A DNA stretch of 43,630 nucleotides, filler included, from Jimgerdemannia flammicorona (taxonomy: Eukaryota), in NCBI GenBank assembly GCA_003990765.1. It is 2 parts of 2 records of this genome, joined end to end, with 100 filler letters (N's around TTAATTAATTAA, not from the genome) between each part and the next. Parts side by side here need not be neighbours in the genome. Positions count along the whole stretch, not along the records: positions 21,868 to 43,630 come from RBNJ01001399.1; 1 more part is not named here. The stretch is one strand, 5' to 3'. The position numbers were made by a program, and so were the translations under genes. This document shows, piece after piece, positions 21,768 to 33,225 of the stretch (position 1 is the stretch's first letter; each line of letters starts with the position of its first letter). The notes beneath the pieces were generated by a model. The model saw only the letters and a list, made by a program, of their open reading frames with translations, had not been told where the DNA came from and searched no databases.

Positions 21768-21867
21768 NNNNNNNNNNNNNNNNNNNNNNNNNNNNNNNNN
21801 NNNNNNNNNNNTTAATTAATTAANNNNNNNNNNNNNNNNNNNNNNNNNNNNNNNNNNNNNNNNNNNN
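21768..21867. other. Artificial contig linker
   Basis: 44 N + TTAATTAATTAA (21812-21823; stops in all six frames) + 44 N = 100 nt. Confidence 0.95.
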
Positions 21868-21963
21868 AAAAAAAAAAAAAAAAAGCTTACTAATAAATCC
21901 AATAAACAACACTGGTACTATCGGACAATGAGAATATACATATCGAGGAAGTAGATCTGTTAC

Positions 21964-23310
21964 CTCGTACTGCTCAACAAGTACGGTGGTTTCTGTGCCG
22001 AGCTTTGTATCCAGTTCAAGGTCATAGCTGTATAAGTACAAGTTAGTACCAAATCATCAGCAAATGAGCAAACCACAACCGATACGTGTAGTGAAGCTCG
22101 ACTATCGTTGTCTCTACGAATATCCCCAACATCGACATGCAAATCTACCAACCCACCGATGATTCCATGCATGAATAAGACCCCTTTCCTCATCCTTACC
22201 TTACATAGCACCATTTCTCTTTAATCTGTCTCACGGTCTCGAAATCGGCCGTCCGATTGAAGGCGTACCCACGCAAGAGTAACAACTTTATCAAGTACTG
22301 GGTCACGCTGCGGCCGGCCACGTCGAGACGTCTGGTAAGGTTTGCGGGTGCGAACCCCTCGTAGACGGGGACCTGAAGAGATCACATACGGTGGAGAATT
22401 AGCCTTTATCTAAAAATAGATGTGAGAAGGAGACATGTCGTACGATAACCACAAGTGCGTAGGATGCGTACGATGTGGGTAACACCATCTCCAGAGTCGA
22501 CAACGACACCGGTGAGAAGACCTAATGAGTGAAGGAGGACAACGTGTTCAAATTGATATGCTAATAAAACTATAAATTGTTACAAGATCATCATCTCATC
22601 CTGGATGTTGTGATTTTTTTTTCTTACCTTGAGCGTACAGCGTGAGCACCGCCTGAATTGCGACATACACTCCCTGGAACCCGTACTCCTCGAACATAAC
22701 CTGGGCCATCTTCTCCCTATTGGCCTTCGGGTTCATTGGCGGCTCCGTCAGCAAGATTTTGGCATCCCGCGGGTTGACCTTGAGCTTCTCGTCGAACGTG
22801 TAGTTCCATAGGTGACGCATGTCCTCCCAGTTGTTGATGATGCCATTCGTCATAGGGTATGACATTTGGAGGATCGCACGTAGCGCCGCGGCCTCCTCGC
22901 CGACCATGATGTCCTTCACCACCACGTTATTGATCTTCTCCTCTGCACGGAGAATAGGCCGGCCGACGACGGAGGGGAATACGTGCTCGGGGAAGTGGGA
23001 CCCGGCAAAGCCGCATTTGACGAACTGAGAGATAAAGAGGAGGAGTGTTTGTTTGAACGTGCGTGTCACGAAATGGCAGAGCGCATCGGCGCGTGGCGAC
23101 CGCGGTTGTCAACCGAGTTCCAACTTTGAATTTAGGATGTGTCGATTCGTGTCAAGCGCTGATTACAGACATCTCATGGCCTTCGTTGGGTTCGCCCTTT
23201 CGATTTTGAAATGCCAACCATGACCATTCAACTCAACTTCCCGCGCTTTCGAGCGGAACCCAACTTACCCCGGTGCCGTTATCAACAACGAGTGTCTTCG
23301 AGTCGTTCAT
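21964..23310 (-). CDS. ARP2: Actin-related protein 2, 5' part (3' exons lost at contig end)
   Basis: Exons 23269-23310, 22628-23024, 22472-22521, 22200-22372, 21964-22027 with GT-AG introns; [53 protein letters not shown]. Confidence 0.95.
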
Positions 23311-23744
23311 TGTTTGATGAATTCCAAGAAAGTGTCGAAAGGGTATTAAGTTTGTCGATGGGGGAGTCTCAACGGGCGTCCTCTGACAGCAAGTTTGGGA
23401 GTTGAGCCTTTTGTGACTGAGGATCAGTGTGGTGACGTCACTACACGACTACGAGGACCTCGCGCACACTTCTCTTTATGTGTGAGGTTGGAAGCATTTT
23501 CCCTTGCATAAGTAACAAAGGTTGCCAAGAAATTTATGCAAATATAAATAGATTCAATAAAACGAAAGGAAAATACAAAATGTCCGTAGTAAACAATTTC
23601 TACATCTAGGATATCGCACGTAATGATCAGTTTTGGGTAAAGGACACGCCATCCCATCTATTCACTTTCCACGCCAAGTATCTCGGCATTCAATCCGCAG
23701 CCAAATTTTTAGCCTCGCGTTTTGTACCTCTCCCAACTAGTATT

Positions 23745-24849
23745 TTAAAATGGGTTCCCCGTCTTATCCAGCAGCGCCTGCCAGTATTTCTCAAAATCCC
23801 ACTTGAAGTTTATACCTCCATTGAAGTCCTTCTCGAGTTGTTCCGGGGTGTAATACTCGAACAGGCTGACCCACTCGTGTTCTTTACTGGAGTCTTTGGC
23901 GGGTTCGTACACGTGCTTGGGATCCACGAACTTGATCTTCGAACGCGTAATTGGGTCGATGAACGGACTGATGACCTTAAAGAAGGGCCAAAAGAACCAG
24001 GGAGCTAGAAGAGAGTTACAATGGTGCGTCAATCAACAATTTTCCCTTGCATCATACAACTCACCAGATCCTCATAACTCATAAACAAAACCATAACAAT
24101 CCGCCTAGATTCACACTCACAATGCACGATGCACGCCACTCCCAGCCTCTCTGGATAATGATTGCCCAACACGTCCAAAAATTGCTTCGAGATCCCGACT
24201 CCCGGCGAGGTCGACATCGACGACCCGGCCATGTCGATGATGATATTGAGGTTATCGACTCCCTCGGGCATCAGACGAGTGGCTCGTTCGAGATTGAACA
24301 CGACGTTACGAATCTGCGCTGCGGAAGGTTTGGTATTCTCGTAGCGCGGCTTGAGGTAGAGCGTCGGGCGGCCGTGTTTGTCGAAGCCATTGAGATACAT
24401 CTTGCCAGTTAGGGACTTTGTAGGAGAGAGAGGAGAAGAGAAGGAATGAATTCGGGTTGCCGGACATGGGAAGGGGAAATCTTGCCAAGAATACCGACCT
24501 CAGGTTCGACCTCCTTCGGATCAATCATTTCTGGCTTATATGACCTCCTCCACAGGATACTCCCATCGAGCTGCTTCTTCGCAGACTCGAGATCCCACTT
24601 CCTGGCACGCAAATATCTCTGCAACGTCGAGTCCGATAGGAACGCCGTTTCTTTCGCATGGTAGTCGTCGGTCTCGGGCAGGACCTGTACCTGAACGTGC
24701 TCACGCAGCGCCTTGAGTTTGTGCTGCTGGGACTCGTCCAGCGCCGGGTTCAATAGCAGTTGGATTCCCGAGCTGGGTTCGAGCACGGGGATGTGAGTCA
24801 CGGGTGTCTCGACATTGGGGTCGGGTTTGGGGGTGGAGTCGGTGGTCAT
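23745..24849 (-). CDS. CRAL-TRIO (Sec14/Pdr16-like) lipid transfer protein
   Basis: Exons 24499-24849, 24121-24415, 23745-24004; LQRYLRARKWD, GFDKHGRP, HYPERLG, PFIDPITRSKIKF. Confidence 0.93.
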
Positions 24850-25543
24850 TGTGTGTATGAGAAATAAACTGCTTAGAGAGTCGGGCGGAGGAAAGGGAAG
24901 GGTTTTATTGTGGCGTGGTTGAGGAAACAGAGAATGCTTTGAGCCGTCCCACGTGCAGAGACGTGGAAAAATACTTGTGAGTTCGCCCTTGGACAAAGTT
25001 GGAGAACCAAAGGACTCGGGGACGATGATTGCTAATTAATTATAACCCAAAGATAACAAAGGTCACTGCCAGATATGTCCTTCTCGCAAATTGCGTGGCG
25101 ACTGTCAAAGAAGGTCCCATGATGTGAGCTTATCCTAGTAATCAAAAACAAAGGAACACAACGCATCGTTGAAAATCGAGCCTTTCCTTTTACATGCAAC
25201 TCTTTATATAAAACACTAAATCTCAACATGTGGTTGGAGAACCCATCAATATTACTGATAAAACCCCGCTTCACCTCTTAAGTTTCAGCCAAAACATCCC
25301 TCGCTCAACATCTGTCACCACCTCAATCCTAAGTGTCACACCTTCCCCGCTTCCGCTAAGCAACGAGATGGCGACGTTCGAGTGGCCGGCGGCTCCTTGA
25401 ATTTGCCAGATGTCTAGCAGCATGAGGTGAAGGGAATTAGCGAGTGAACAATTGGATGAGACCCCCCTCACCCCCCCCCCCAAAAAAAAACCATTCAGCA
25501 ACACGTAAGGGCATAACATATCGTTGCGAGTAAAGTTACAACA

Positions 25544-26272
25544 TTACATACTTTCGCTATTTTCCGCATGAACGAACCGCCAACCCTCTGTTTTGTAGTC
25601 ATGAGAGCACAAGTCGTATTGAGAGGGGTACCACCCAGAGAACATAAGGTTTTTGTCCTCACCCTCCACCGCCTTTTGGGAATACCTTACTGACGGGACC
25701 CAATGCTTTACAAACTCCTCGATCCACTGCAGCCGGGTGGTCGCGTACCTCTGCTTGCCGACCTGGGGGTCGACGTACGTGATCCTAACCCCGTCTGGGT
25801 GGATACAGTGGATAGTGGTCCCAGAGAGTGCGACGAGTCCGTCCACGCCGTGGAGATGAAGCCGAGGGATGTATAGCTGCGAATAGCCAGTATTGGCTTT
25901 TCGGAGGCGGGATAGCGGATCCCTTGGGTGTTTGGCAGTGAAGTCCCAGCCCGTGTGGAAGCGCGCCCGGTTGACAGCGGGAAACTTGTTGGGGATAAAT
26001 GGGGAGGAAGATAGCTGGCGGCTCTGGAAACCAAGGGCGTAAAATATCATACGCCAGCTGCGTGGATCACGGCGAGCGAGAGCAACCAGCTGGGCCGCGT
26101 TCTCCAGGTGTTTGAGGTCGGGGATGAGCTGTTCGAGCTGGTAGAGCCAGCCACTGTGTGAGTTTAGCAATGAATGGTTGCGATGGCATGTTGTGGAGAG
26201 GCAGAGAAATTCGGGAAGGTGGAGGAATCGAGAGAGTGTTTGTATGAGTTCGTCGGGAAGGGTGATAAGCAT
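25544..26272 (-). CDS. Putative F-box protein, 242 aa, single exon
   Basis: N-terminal LITLPDELIQTLSRFLHLPEFLCLSTTCH fits the F-box pattern; CpG-rich gene-like composition; C-terminus not recognised. Confidence 0.7.
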   Translation of the reverse strand: MLITLPDELIQTLSRFLHLPEFLCLSTTCHRNHSLLNSHSGWLYQLEQLIPDLKHLENAAQLVALARRDPRSWRMIFYALGFQSRQLSSSPFIPNKFPAVNRARFHTGWDFTAKHPRDPLSRLRKANTGYSQLYIPRLHLHGVDGLVALSGTTIHCIHPDGVRITYVDPQVGKQRYATTRLQWIEEFVKHWVPSVRYSQKAVEGEDKNLMFSGWYPSQYDLCSHDYKTEGWRFVHAENSESM

Positions 26273-26658
26273 GTTAGGCGTGTGGGTGGCGGTCGGAGTG
26301 GGTGGTGGTCGGAGTGGGATGCACGTGGTATTATTATTAATGTCTCAACACATATGACTGTGGCATTACCTTTTTTACATTACCTCCGTTCTTCATTTCA
26401 CTCTCCCCATGAACCAAGGCCCCATATTTTCTATAAAACCACCTTCTGATTGTAGGTTGAGGCGTGTCATGCTGCACCTCCACAAGTGGATTCGCTACCT
26501 GGTCGGTGACTACCATTGCAAGCTCGCATGATGGCCATGCGAGAACTACGGGTTGTGCTATATCAAACCTGACCCACTGACCCTAAAATTAAGTTGGTCC
26601 ATAGAGGCAAAAATTGTCCAGCATATAATAAGCAAGTCGCACTGACCCACACCCTGGA

Positions 26659-28224
26659 ATGATGAATCCTTCTCCTGCCCCCGCAAAAAGACGTAACTCC
26701 ACCGTTTCCGACAAACAACCCACCGTACGTTCATTGACCCTCCTTATTTCACTCACTTCATCTCCCATCGCTTTGATACTGACACATCATCCCCAACAGA
26801 AACGATGCGTCCAAAACCGCGATGCCCAGCGTGCCTTCCGCGAGCGCAAGGCCGAGTACGTCAAAGAGCTCGAGGAGAAGGTACGCCGCACTGAGGCAGA
26901 CCAATCCCAGTTCACTGCGAGATTGCAAGAGACCGCTCGCAAGCTATCGGAAGAGAACCAGACTCTGAAATCCGTTGTCCTTCGTCTTCATGCCGACAAC
27001 AACCTGTTGCGAACCGCCTTGCTTGCGGCCGACCTTCCCATCCCAACGTCACCGGACTTCGCAATAGACATTCTCTCGTCGCCGTTATCTGGTCAACCTA
27101 TCCCACCACTTCATCGACCCACCTACAACACCACCACTCAACCCATCCAACCTCAGGTCCTCCCATTATCCACCACCAACAAACAACCACTCATCCAACC
27201 AAGCATTGTATCCACCTCCGACACCCAACGCGACAGCCCTATCATCTGTCCACCGACACCCCCGTCCCTCGCGCAATCCATCGAAAACCCGTGCGCATGC
27301 AAACCCCAGACCACCTGCAAACCCCAGACCACCTGCAAACCCCAGACCACCTGCAAACCCCAGACCACCTACAACTCAACACCATCCCAACCAAATTTTT
27401 CCCTCACAACCCTGGTCCCTACCAGTCCGTCGATAAAACCTACTACCTCCTGCGCCATCACACCCGCCCCGCCATCCTCCGAAACCCCAAACACTCTCTC
27501 TCGTGTTGTCCTGGTTTCGACTGAAGATCTGGACCTGACGCAAGACAACGACGATGGTGACTATCTCCCTGACGTCGCGTGCATGAGCTGCATGGGGACC
27601 GACCCGCTTGGCAAGCAGTTCTGCCGTGTTCTCAACTCCAAAGCCTGCACCGTGAGGCCACAGCTCCAGTGCAGCCCCGAGCAGATCCTACATCGCCCGC
27701 TGTTCCTCGAATCCGAGAGCGGGATCGTCACCCTGGCCGATATGGTGGCGAGGAAGCCGACAGAGGATTATTGTGGGGGGATGGTAAACTGTGGGGAGGA
27801 GGACGTTGCTGATATCGGTAAGTGCCTGTGGTTTGACGCGTTTTGCATGTCGTTTTTGTTAAATAGGTTAATTAAAACTTCATCATTTATGACTTACAAT
27901 GCCCTCTGCCTGTATCCGAAATCTACCCTAAACTCAGCGAACGACTATGTCCCTTGCCAAACCGTCTGGGACCTGTTCGGCAACCACGTCCGGTCTAACC
28001 AGTTGTCGATTCACGAGCTTTGCTCGTGGCTTGAGATGAGGACGCGATGTTCGCGTGAGGGGCCTTTGGTTGAGGGTCACGCCGTGATTGAGGCTCTTAG
28101 TCGACTATCGATTAATGACACGAGTGTGGAGGCGAGGGTTGAGACGGAGGTTGAGGCGGGGGTTGAGGTGAATGGGGAATATAGCGGCCAGCGGATAATG
28201 TTGGCGTTCAATGCTGACTTTTAG
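26659..28224 (+). CDS. AP-1-like bZIP transcription factor (Yap1/Pap1/HapX family) with Cys-rich domains
   Basis: QNRDAQRAFRERK basic region plus zipper; CMSCMGTDPLGKQFC; C-terminal PCQTVWD...ELCSWLEMRTRCSREG. Probable introns 26725-26799 and 27818-27937. Confidence 0.88.
   Translation: MMNPSPAPAKRRNSTVSDKQPTVRSLTLLISLTSSPIALILTHHPQQKRCVQNRDAQRAFRERKAEYVKELEEKVRRTEADQSQFTARLQETARKLSEENQTLKSVVLRLHADNNLLRTALLAADLPIPTSPDFAIDILSSPLSGQPIPPLHRPTYNTTTQPIQPQVLPLSTTNKQPLIQPSIVSTSDTQRDSPIICPPTPPSLAQSIENPCACKPQTTCKPQTTCKPQTTCKPQTTYNSTPSQPNFSLTTLVPTSPSIKPTTSCAITPAPPSSETPNTLSRVVLVSTEDLDLTQDNDDGDYLPDVACMSCMGTDPLGKQFCRVLNSKACTVRPQLQCSPEQILHRPLFLESESGIVTLADMVARKPTEDYCGGMVNCGEEDVADIGKCLWFDAFCMSFLLNRLIKTSSFMTYNALCLYPKSTLNSANDYVPCQTVWDLFGNHVRSNQLSIHELCSWLEMRTRCSREGPLVEGHAVIEALSRLSINDTSVEARVETEVEAGVEVNGEYSGQRIMLAFNADF
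27298..27369 (+). repeat. Perfect 18-bp coding tandem repeat x4 (CKPQTT)
   Basis: TGCAAACCCCAGACCACC repeated four times. Confidence 0.97.
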
Positions 28225-28539
28225 CACAGCAATTATAGAAAAGAATGATAAAGGAGCAGGTATAGATGCCCACATAGCATAACATTTCAAACTTTTTTTT
28301 TTCTCCGTCTTTTGTTGATTTCTTTACGTCATTTTTCTTTTGCATATTTGCAATAATATTTTTTATGTTTGACTCCCCTTCCTTGATTGCCACTCTCGAC
28401 GTACTGGCAAAATACAGGCGAGAAAATGAATTTGCTTCCCTGTTCGTTACCAGATGCCTCAAACAAAACCTACGCCATTCCTCATCTCTGCACCCAATTT
28501 ACCCACTCACGCGTACACACAAAGCAATGCCAGACGTCA

Positions 28540-29690
28540 TCACCGTATCGCAGTATGCATCAACATCGTCGTCGTCGAGAATGGCGGCATGTCGCTCAGG
28601 TCGACGGTATCAAACATCGGTCTGCATGGATTTGTCACGCATATGAATATTTGGAGCTACGAGTCACATCCGAATGCAGTGACATATGGGATGTTGTATA
28701 GTCTCGACTTACGTTCTTGGGCCGTAGACTTTGACCTGCCGTATATGCGTGTCTTTGCCGTTTTGGTGGTTAGAGAGGACGGCGAGTTGGAGAAAGTGGG
28801 TGCGGAATGGGCGCCTGAAGAAATAAAGTGAATGAAGACGCTTTGAGCCTCGGTGGAACTGTGAAATGGCCACACACTTTTTTTTTTTTTTTTTTTTTGA
28901 CTTATTTGATCATAGGTCATGGATATAGTAATAAACAAACCTATCATCCGTGTACAAAATTATATGCTCCCATCCGACGGGTTCTTCGAGCTCGATTACC
29001 TGAATCTCCTGTCAGACCCCATAGTAATAAACACATGTGTCAAGATAAGCAAACACTGATAAGGCATTAAGGAAAAAGATTGAATTGAAAATTAGAAACA
29101 TTACTTGCAGGTCATGATAGCCAGTGCCAGCCCGGACGGATATCTTGGACGGGGTGTAGCTTTCATCTTGTTTGTAATCGGTGTAGATTGAGACTTGCTG
29201 GAATACGAAGGATGAAAATATGTCAATTGAGGGATCAGTTAATTCGGCCGTTTTCTAATAGAATATGGAGGTAAGGATCTCGCTCCATTACCTTCACGGT
29301 CGTCTTCTTGGAAAATTGGATATTCACCAAGTGCGGCTGAGGTCCGTCAGACCTGTGCGAAAGCAGTCAGTACGGCACTGCAAAAAAAAAAAAAAAAAAA
29401 AAAAGGAACCTAATACGCACTGCCAGTATGTGTCCTTGCTGTCATCCCGCAGCTGCTCGACACCAAAGCCCGCCTTGCATGACGATAGAGACCATATGGC
29501 CATCCCACCAATGTCCCGCTTGTCCGCAATGGTGTCATCGGCAATAGGTTGGGTCCCGGTTTCGGGGACGGGAATGGCTGAAGCGGTATATTGTAAGATG
29601 GTAAATAGCAATGTTTAACTGGCTACATATGTTGAGGTATCCGAGAATGACAAGGGGGTACGCACCATCGTCCACTAGACTGTTGGACAT
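28540..29690 (-). CDS. APC10: Anaphase-promoting complex subunit 10 (Doc1), about 7 exons
   Basis: Spliced reading gives [78 protein letters not shown] and a C-terminal IR tail (HTAIR*). Confidence 0.93.
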
Positions 29691-29776
29691 GTTTGCGGTG
29701 TCTCGGACGCGTTTGTGACTGGAAAAAAAAAAAAAAATACGACTCCGCTGACCCAGCCACCACCATCCCGATTCCC

Positions 29777-31080
29777 ATGGCCGATCGATTTGGCTTCCTC
29801 GTCGGCGGCGCTGTCTTGGGTGCAATATCTGCGGCTGCCTTCTTTGAGAAGCTTCAATTCCAAAGGGCTCCACCCCCGCCTCCCGTGCAGATCGTTGCAC
29901 CCATTCCGAACATACAGCCCGTGCAGCAGCCAGCAGAGTTCGGTAAACCGCTGAACAAATTCGAGGTGGCGAGGCATATTCTGCCCTTTGGTAGTCCAGG
30001 TGAGATTCAGTAGTGTGGGATATGACGAATGCACTGCAATATTTCCCATCATTGACCCTTTCACAGGTCCCGTCAGCGATATCATCTTCCGCTCCGCATA
30101 CATTGCGTCATATAACCGTCGGGATAGAAATCCCAATTGGGTGCGTCTTGTTTGGTGCGTTTCACCGCCGACATCTCTTGCACGTCTTCAACTCATTTCT
30201 GCTTACATGCATCATCCTGTTCAATCTCTTGATGCCACCACGTCTCTTGATGCCACCACGTACAGGTTGCTGAGCACATAACGGCGGCTAGCCTAGGGTC
30301 AGGCGACGGCGTTAGCCGCGGCAAATCGCAATTCAAGGAAGACGAAAGCATCCCACCCCAGTTTCGCGCGCGGCTGCAAGACTACTTCAAGAGCAACTTC
30401 GATCGCGGACACATGGTCCCGGCGGCGGACGCCAAGAACAACCAAGACGCCATGGATGAGACGTTTGTCATGACCAACATCGCGCCGCAGGTTGGAGATG
30501 GGTTCAATCGTGATTGTACGCTCGCTTTACAATTTTTCCTTCTGATGTCGCTTTTACTAATCACGTTGATCCGCATTAAACGTACCCGGAGGCCCATAAT
30601 ACCTTCCTACCATTTCCTCCCCCATACGCAGATTGGGCCCACTTGGAATCCTTCTGCCGGCACCTCACCAAGACCTTCTCAGACGTCTACGTCATAACCG
30701 GTCCGCTCTACCTCCCGCGCCAGGACCCAACGGACGGCAAATGGTACGTGCGTTACCAAATGATTGGCAACCCACCCAACGTGGCAGTACCGACGCACTT
30801 CTACAAGGTGATTGTGGCGGTGCGCAATGGCGAGCACAGCGTAGGCGCCTTTGTGCTGCCTAACGCGCCCATCGGCGACGAGACCCCACTCGAGCAGTTC
30901 AAGGTACCGCTGGATGCGATTGAGAGGGCCGCCGGCATGATCTTCCTTGAGAAGTTGCCGGCTCCCGGGGGGGATCGGGGTAAGGTGAAGGATTTGTGCA
31001 AGGAAACCAAGTGCCAGATCGTGCTGAGCCGGTTTGCGGAGGCGAAGAAGAGGGAGGAGCAGAAGAGGTTGAGTGCATGA
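29777..31080 (+). CDS. NUC1: Mitochondrial DNA/RNA non-specific nuclease (endonuclease G)
   Basis: Exons 29777-29999, 30067-30140, 30266-30515, 30632-31080; RNPNW-VAEH, DRGHMVPAAD, TNIAPQVGDGFNRD, VAVPTHFYKV. Confidence 0.94.
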
Positions 31081-31286
31081 AATGGAGTTATGTATTGAAT
31101 GGAGCATCTGTATGGATTATCAAAAAAATTATGGAGTGAGAGTTCTTCAAATACATAAGAGAGGTGTATTCATTGAAGTTAGGTTACTTGATAAATGAAA
31201 TATATTTATTAATTTTATATATTTAGAAAAGTTCTATTAATTAATATTTAGTTTCAGTATTTATATTAAGAATTTATTAAGATTAT

Positions 31287-31288
<2 letters not shown>

Positions 31289-31352
<64 letters not shown>

Positions 31353-32160
31353 GGTTTAATATTTTTGTAGTTTTTATTAGAAGGAAACCTAGACTATATA
31401 GGTTAAAACTTTCCCCCATCTCCACTCTGAGCACTGTCTTCTTATTAATCTAAGTTAATTATTGTCTAGCAGCTTAATTATACTAGATATAGTGAGCTGA
31501 ATTGTCTATATCTTATTTTATATATTATATTCTTTCTATCATCAGAGAGAAAATGACTATATATCTATAACTGAAGATATATATCTACAACTTCAATATA
31601 TATAAGATTATATCCAAGCTGATTTGTATAGCCTCTGTTACTTTAAAAAAAGTAACAAATAAAGAAAAAAACTCTCTCAAAGTACAAAATAGTAGATAAG
31701 ACTTAGTTCTCTCAAATAGAGTAAGTAGAGAACTTATATATAAGGTAGGGGGAGATATTTAATATCCTACTACTCAAGTTTATAGGCCTTGATCATATTA
31801 CTATATCAGCTCCTAGTTTTAGTTAAGTATAGCCAAGATATCTGATCTGGATAGACTCAGATCTCTCAATAACTCTTAATAATCAGAGCCTAATCTTATA
31901 TATTACTAAGAGCTGCTAAGAGTGATATCTATTACCTAACTACTCTATACTAATCAGAAGATCTTATCAAAGTAGTATCTATATTAGTTCTGATAACTAT
32001 CTCCAGTCTGACACCTTATTAGTTTATCATTATATTATCCTTCTTCTTATCTGTGATAGTTATCTTCTCTCTCATCCTGACTCTATCCAAAAAATAGTCA
32101 TTTATACCAGAACTATGCTTATCAGAAAACTCACCAAAGCTTAGAGAGCCCTACTATAGA
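31289..32160 (-). mobile_element. Degraded poly(A)-tailed retroelement fragment (different 3' end from the main LINE family)
   Basis: Long poly-T followed by CpG-free, CT/AG-rich sequence; no protein motif recognised. Confidence 0.4.
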
Positions 32161-33225
32161 TATTTTTTTTTTTTTTATAGTTACTTAAACTTTATTATTT
32201 ATTATTATACCTATCTAATTCATATAATACAAGAGCCCCACTCTTACCCAATCTCTCTAAGAAGACCTCTCCTTGATTAAATGAAATTATATTATTAACT
32301 ACTATAACTCTCTTATCACTTCTCTTATAAATCTCCTCCACTAGACAGTAATGATGACCTCTCTAAGAACTTCACTCCATCAATCAGCTGGACAGAACAT
32401 CCTCCAACAACTCTTTCCATCTTAGTAAATACTCCTTCAAACTCATTTACTTACTCTCTTCAAATATATAATCAGTATTTAGCCAATCTCATCTATACTA
32501 CCAAGACCTATCTAATAGTAAGCTACTTATTATTCATACAGCTTATTAACTGTTCTCACAAATTCTCTCATTGACTCTACATATTATTCTCTCTCCTTAT
32601 TACTCCAAGATAGCTCCTAACTACTATTAGAAGTTACTAAGAATCTCACACTCACTCAGCCAATATATTAGATATCTATAAAGCTTCTTATCTATCCTAT
32701 ATTAAAGTACTCTTTACAATCAAAGATTCTACCAACCACTAAATGGTCAGATCTAAAGTTCAGTATAATATTCCTCCTTAGCAAACACTACTACACTACT
32801 TGGAACTTCAGAGGAAGCTACTATTATATCTCTATACTCTAGGACCAGATACTAGTCCAGTTTTACTCTTTGTTAATTCTGACTATCTGTTGTTTAACTA
32901 ATTATAAATTCTGGCCCATTTCTCATTAATACTCTATACCAGTACTAAGATCAAAGTTAATCAGTAGAGAGCTACTCAATAGAAGCTGATTCTATCACTA
33001 TATTACTAGACTTCAATGTATTTCCCCCTCAGTACTATATTAATATAAATTAATATAATGAGTACTATCTGCCACTCTCTATCAGAAGCTCTTAAACTAC
33101 AAGTATCTACTATTACCTAGTCTAACTAATGACAGCAGATTACCATCTTTCTCTAGTAATATTCAGATTACACAATCTTTTGGCAACACTTTCAACATAG
33201 TTTCTGGAGATAAGCTACTAGTATC

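Noticed and set aside
21812..21823. TTAATTAATTAA palindrome as a biological site
   Set aside because: Symmetrically embedded in 44-N runs; it is a synthetic linker.
28365..29070. Plus-strand ORFs at 28365-29070 as an extra gene
   Set aside because: The region is explained by minus-strand APC10 exons, introns and 3' UTR.
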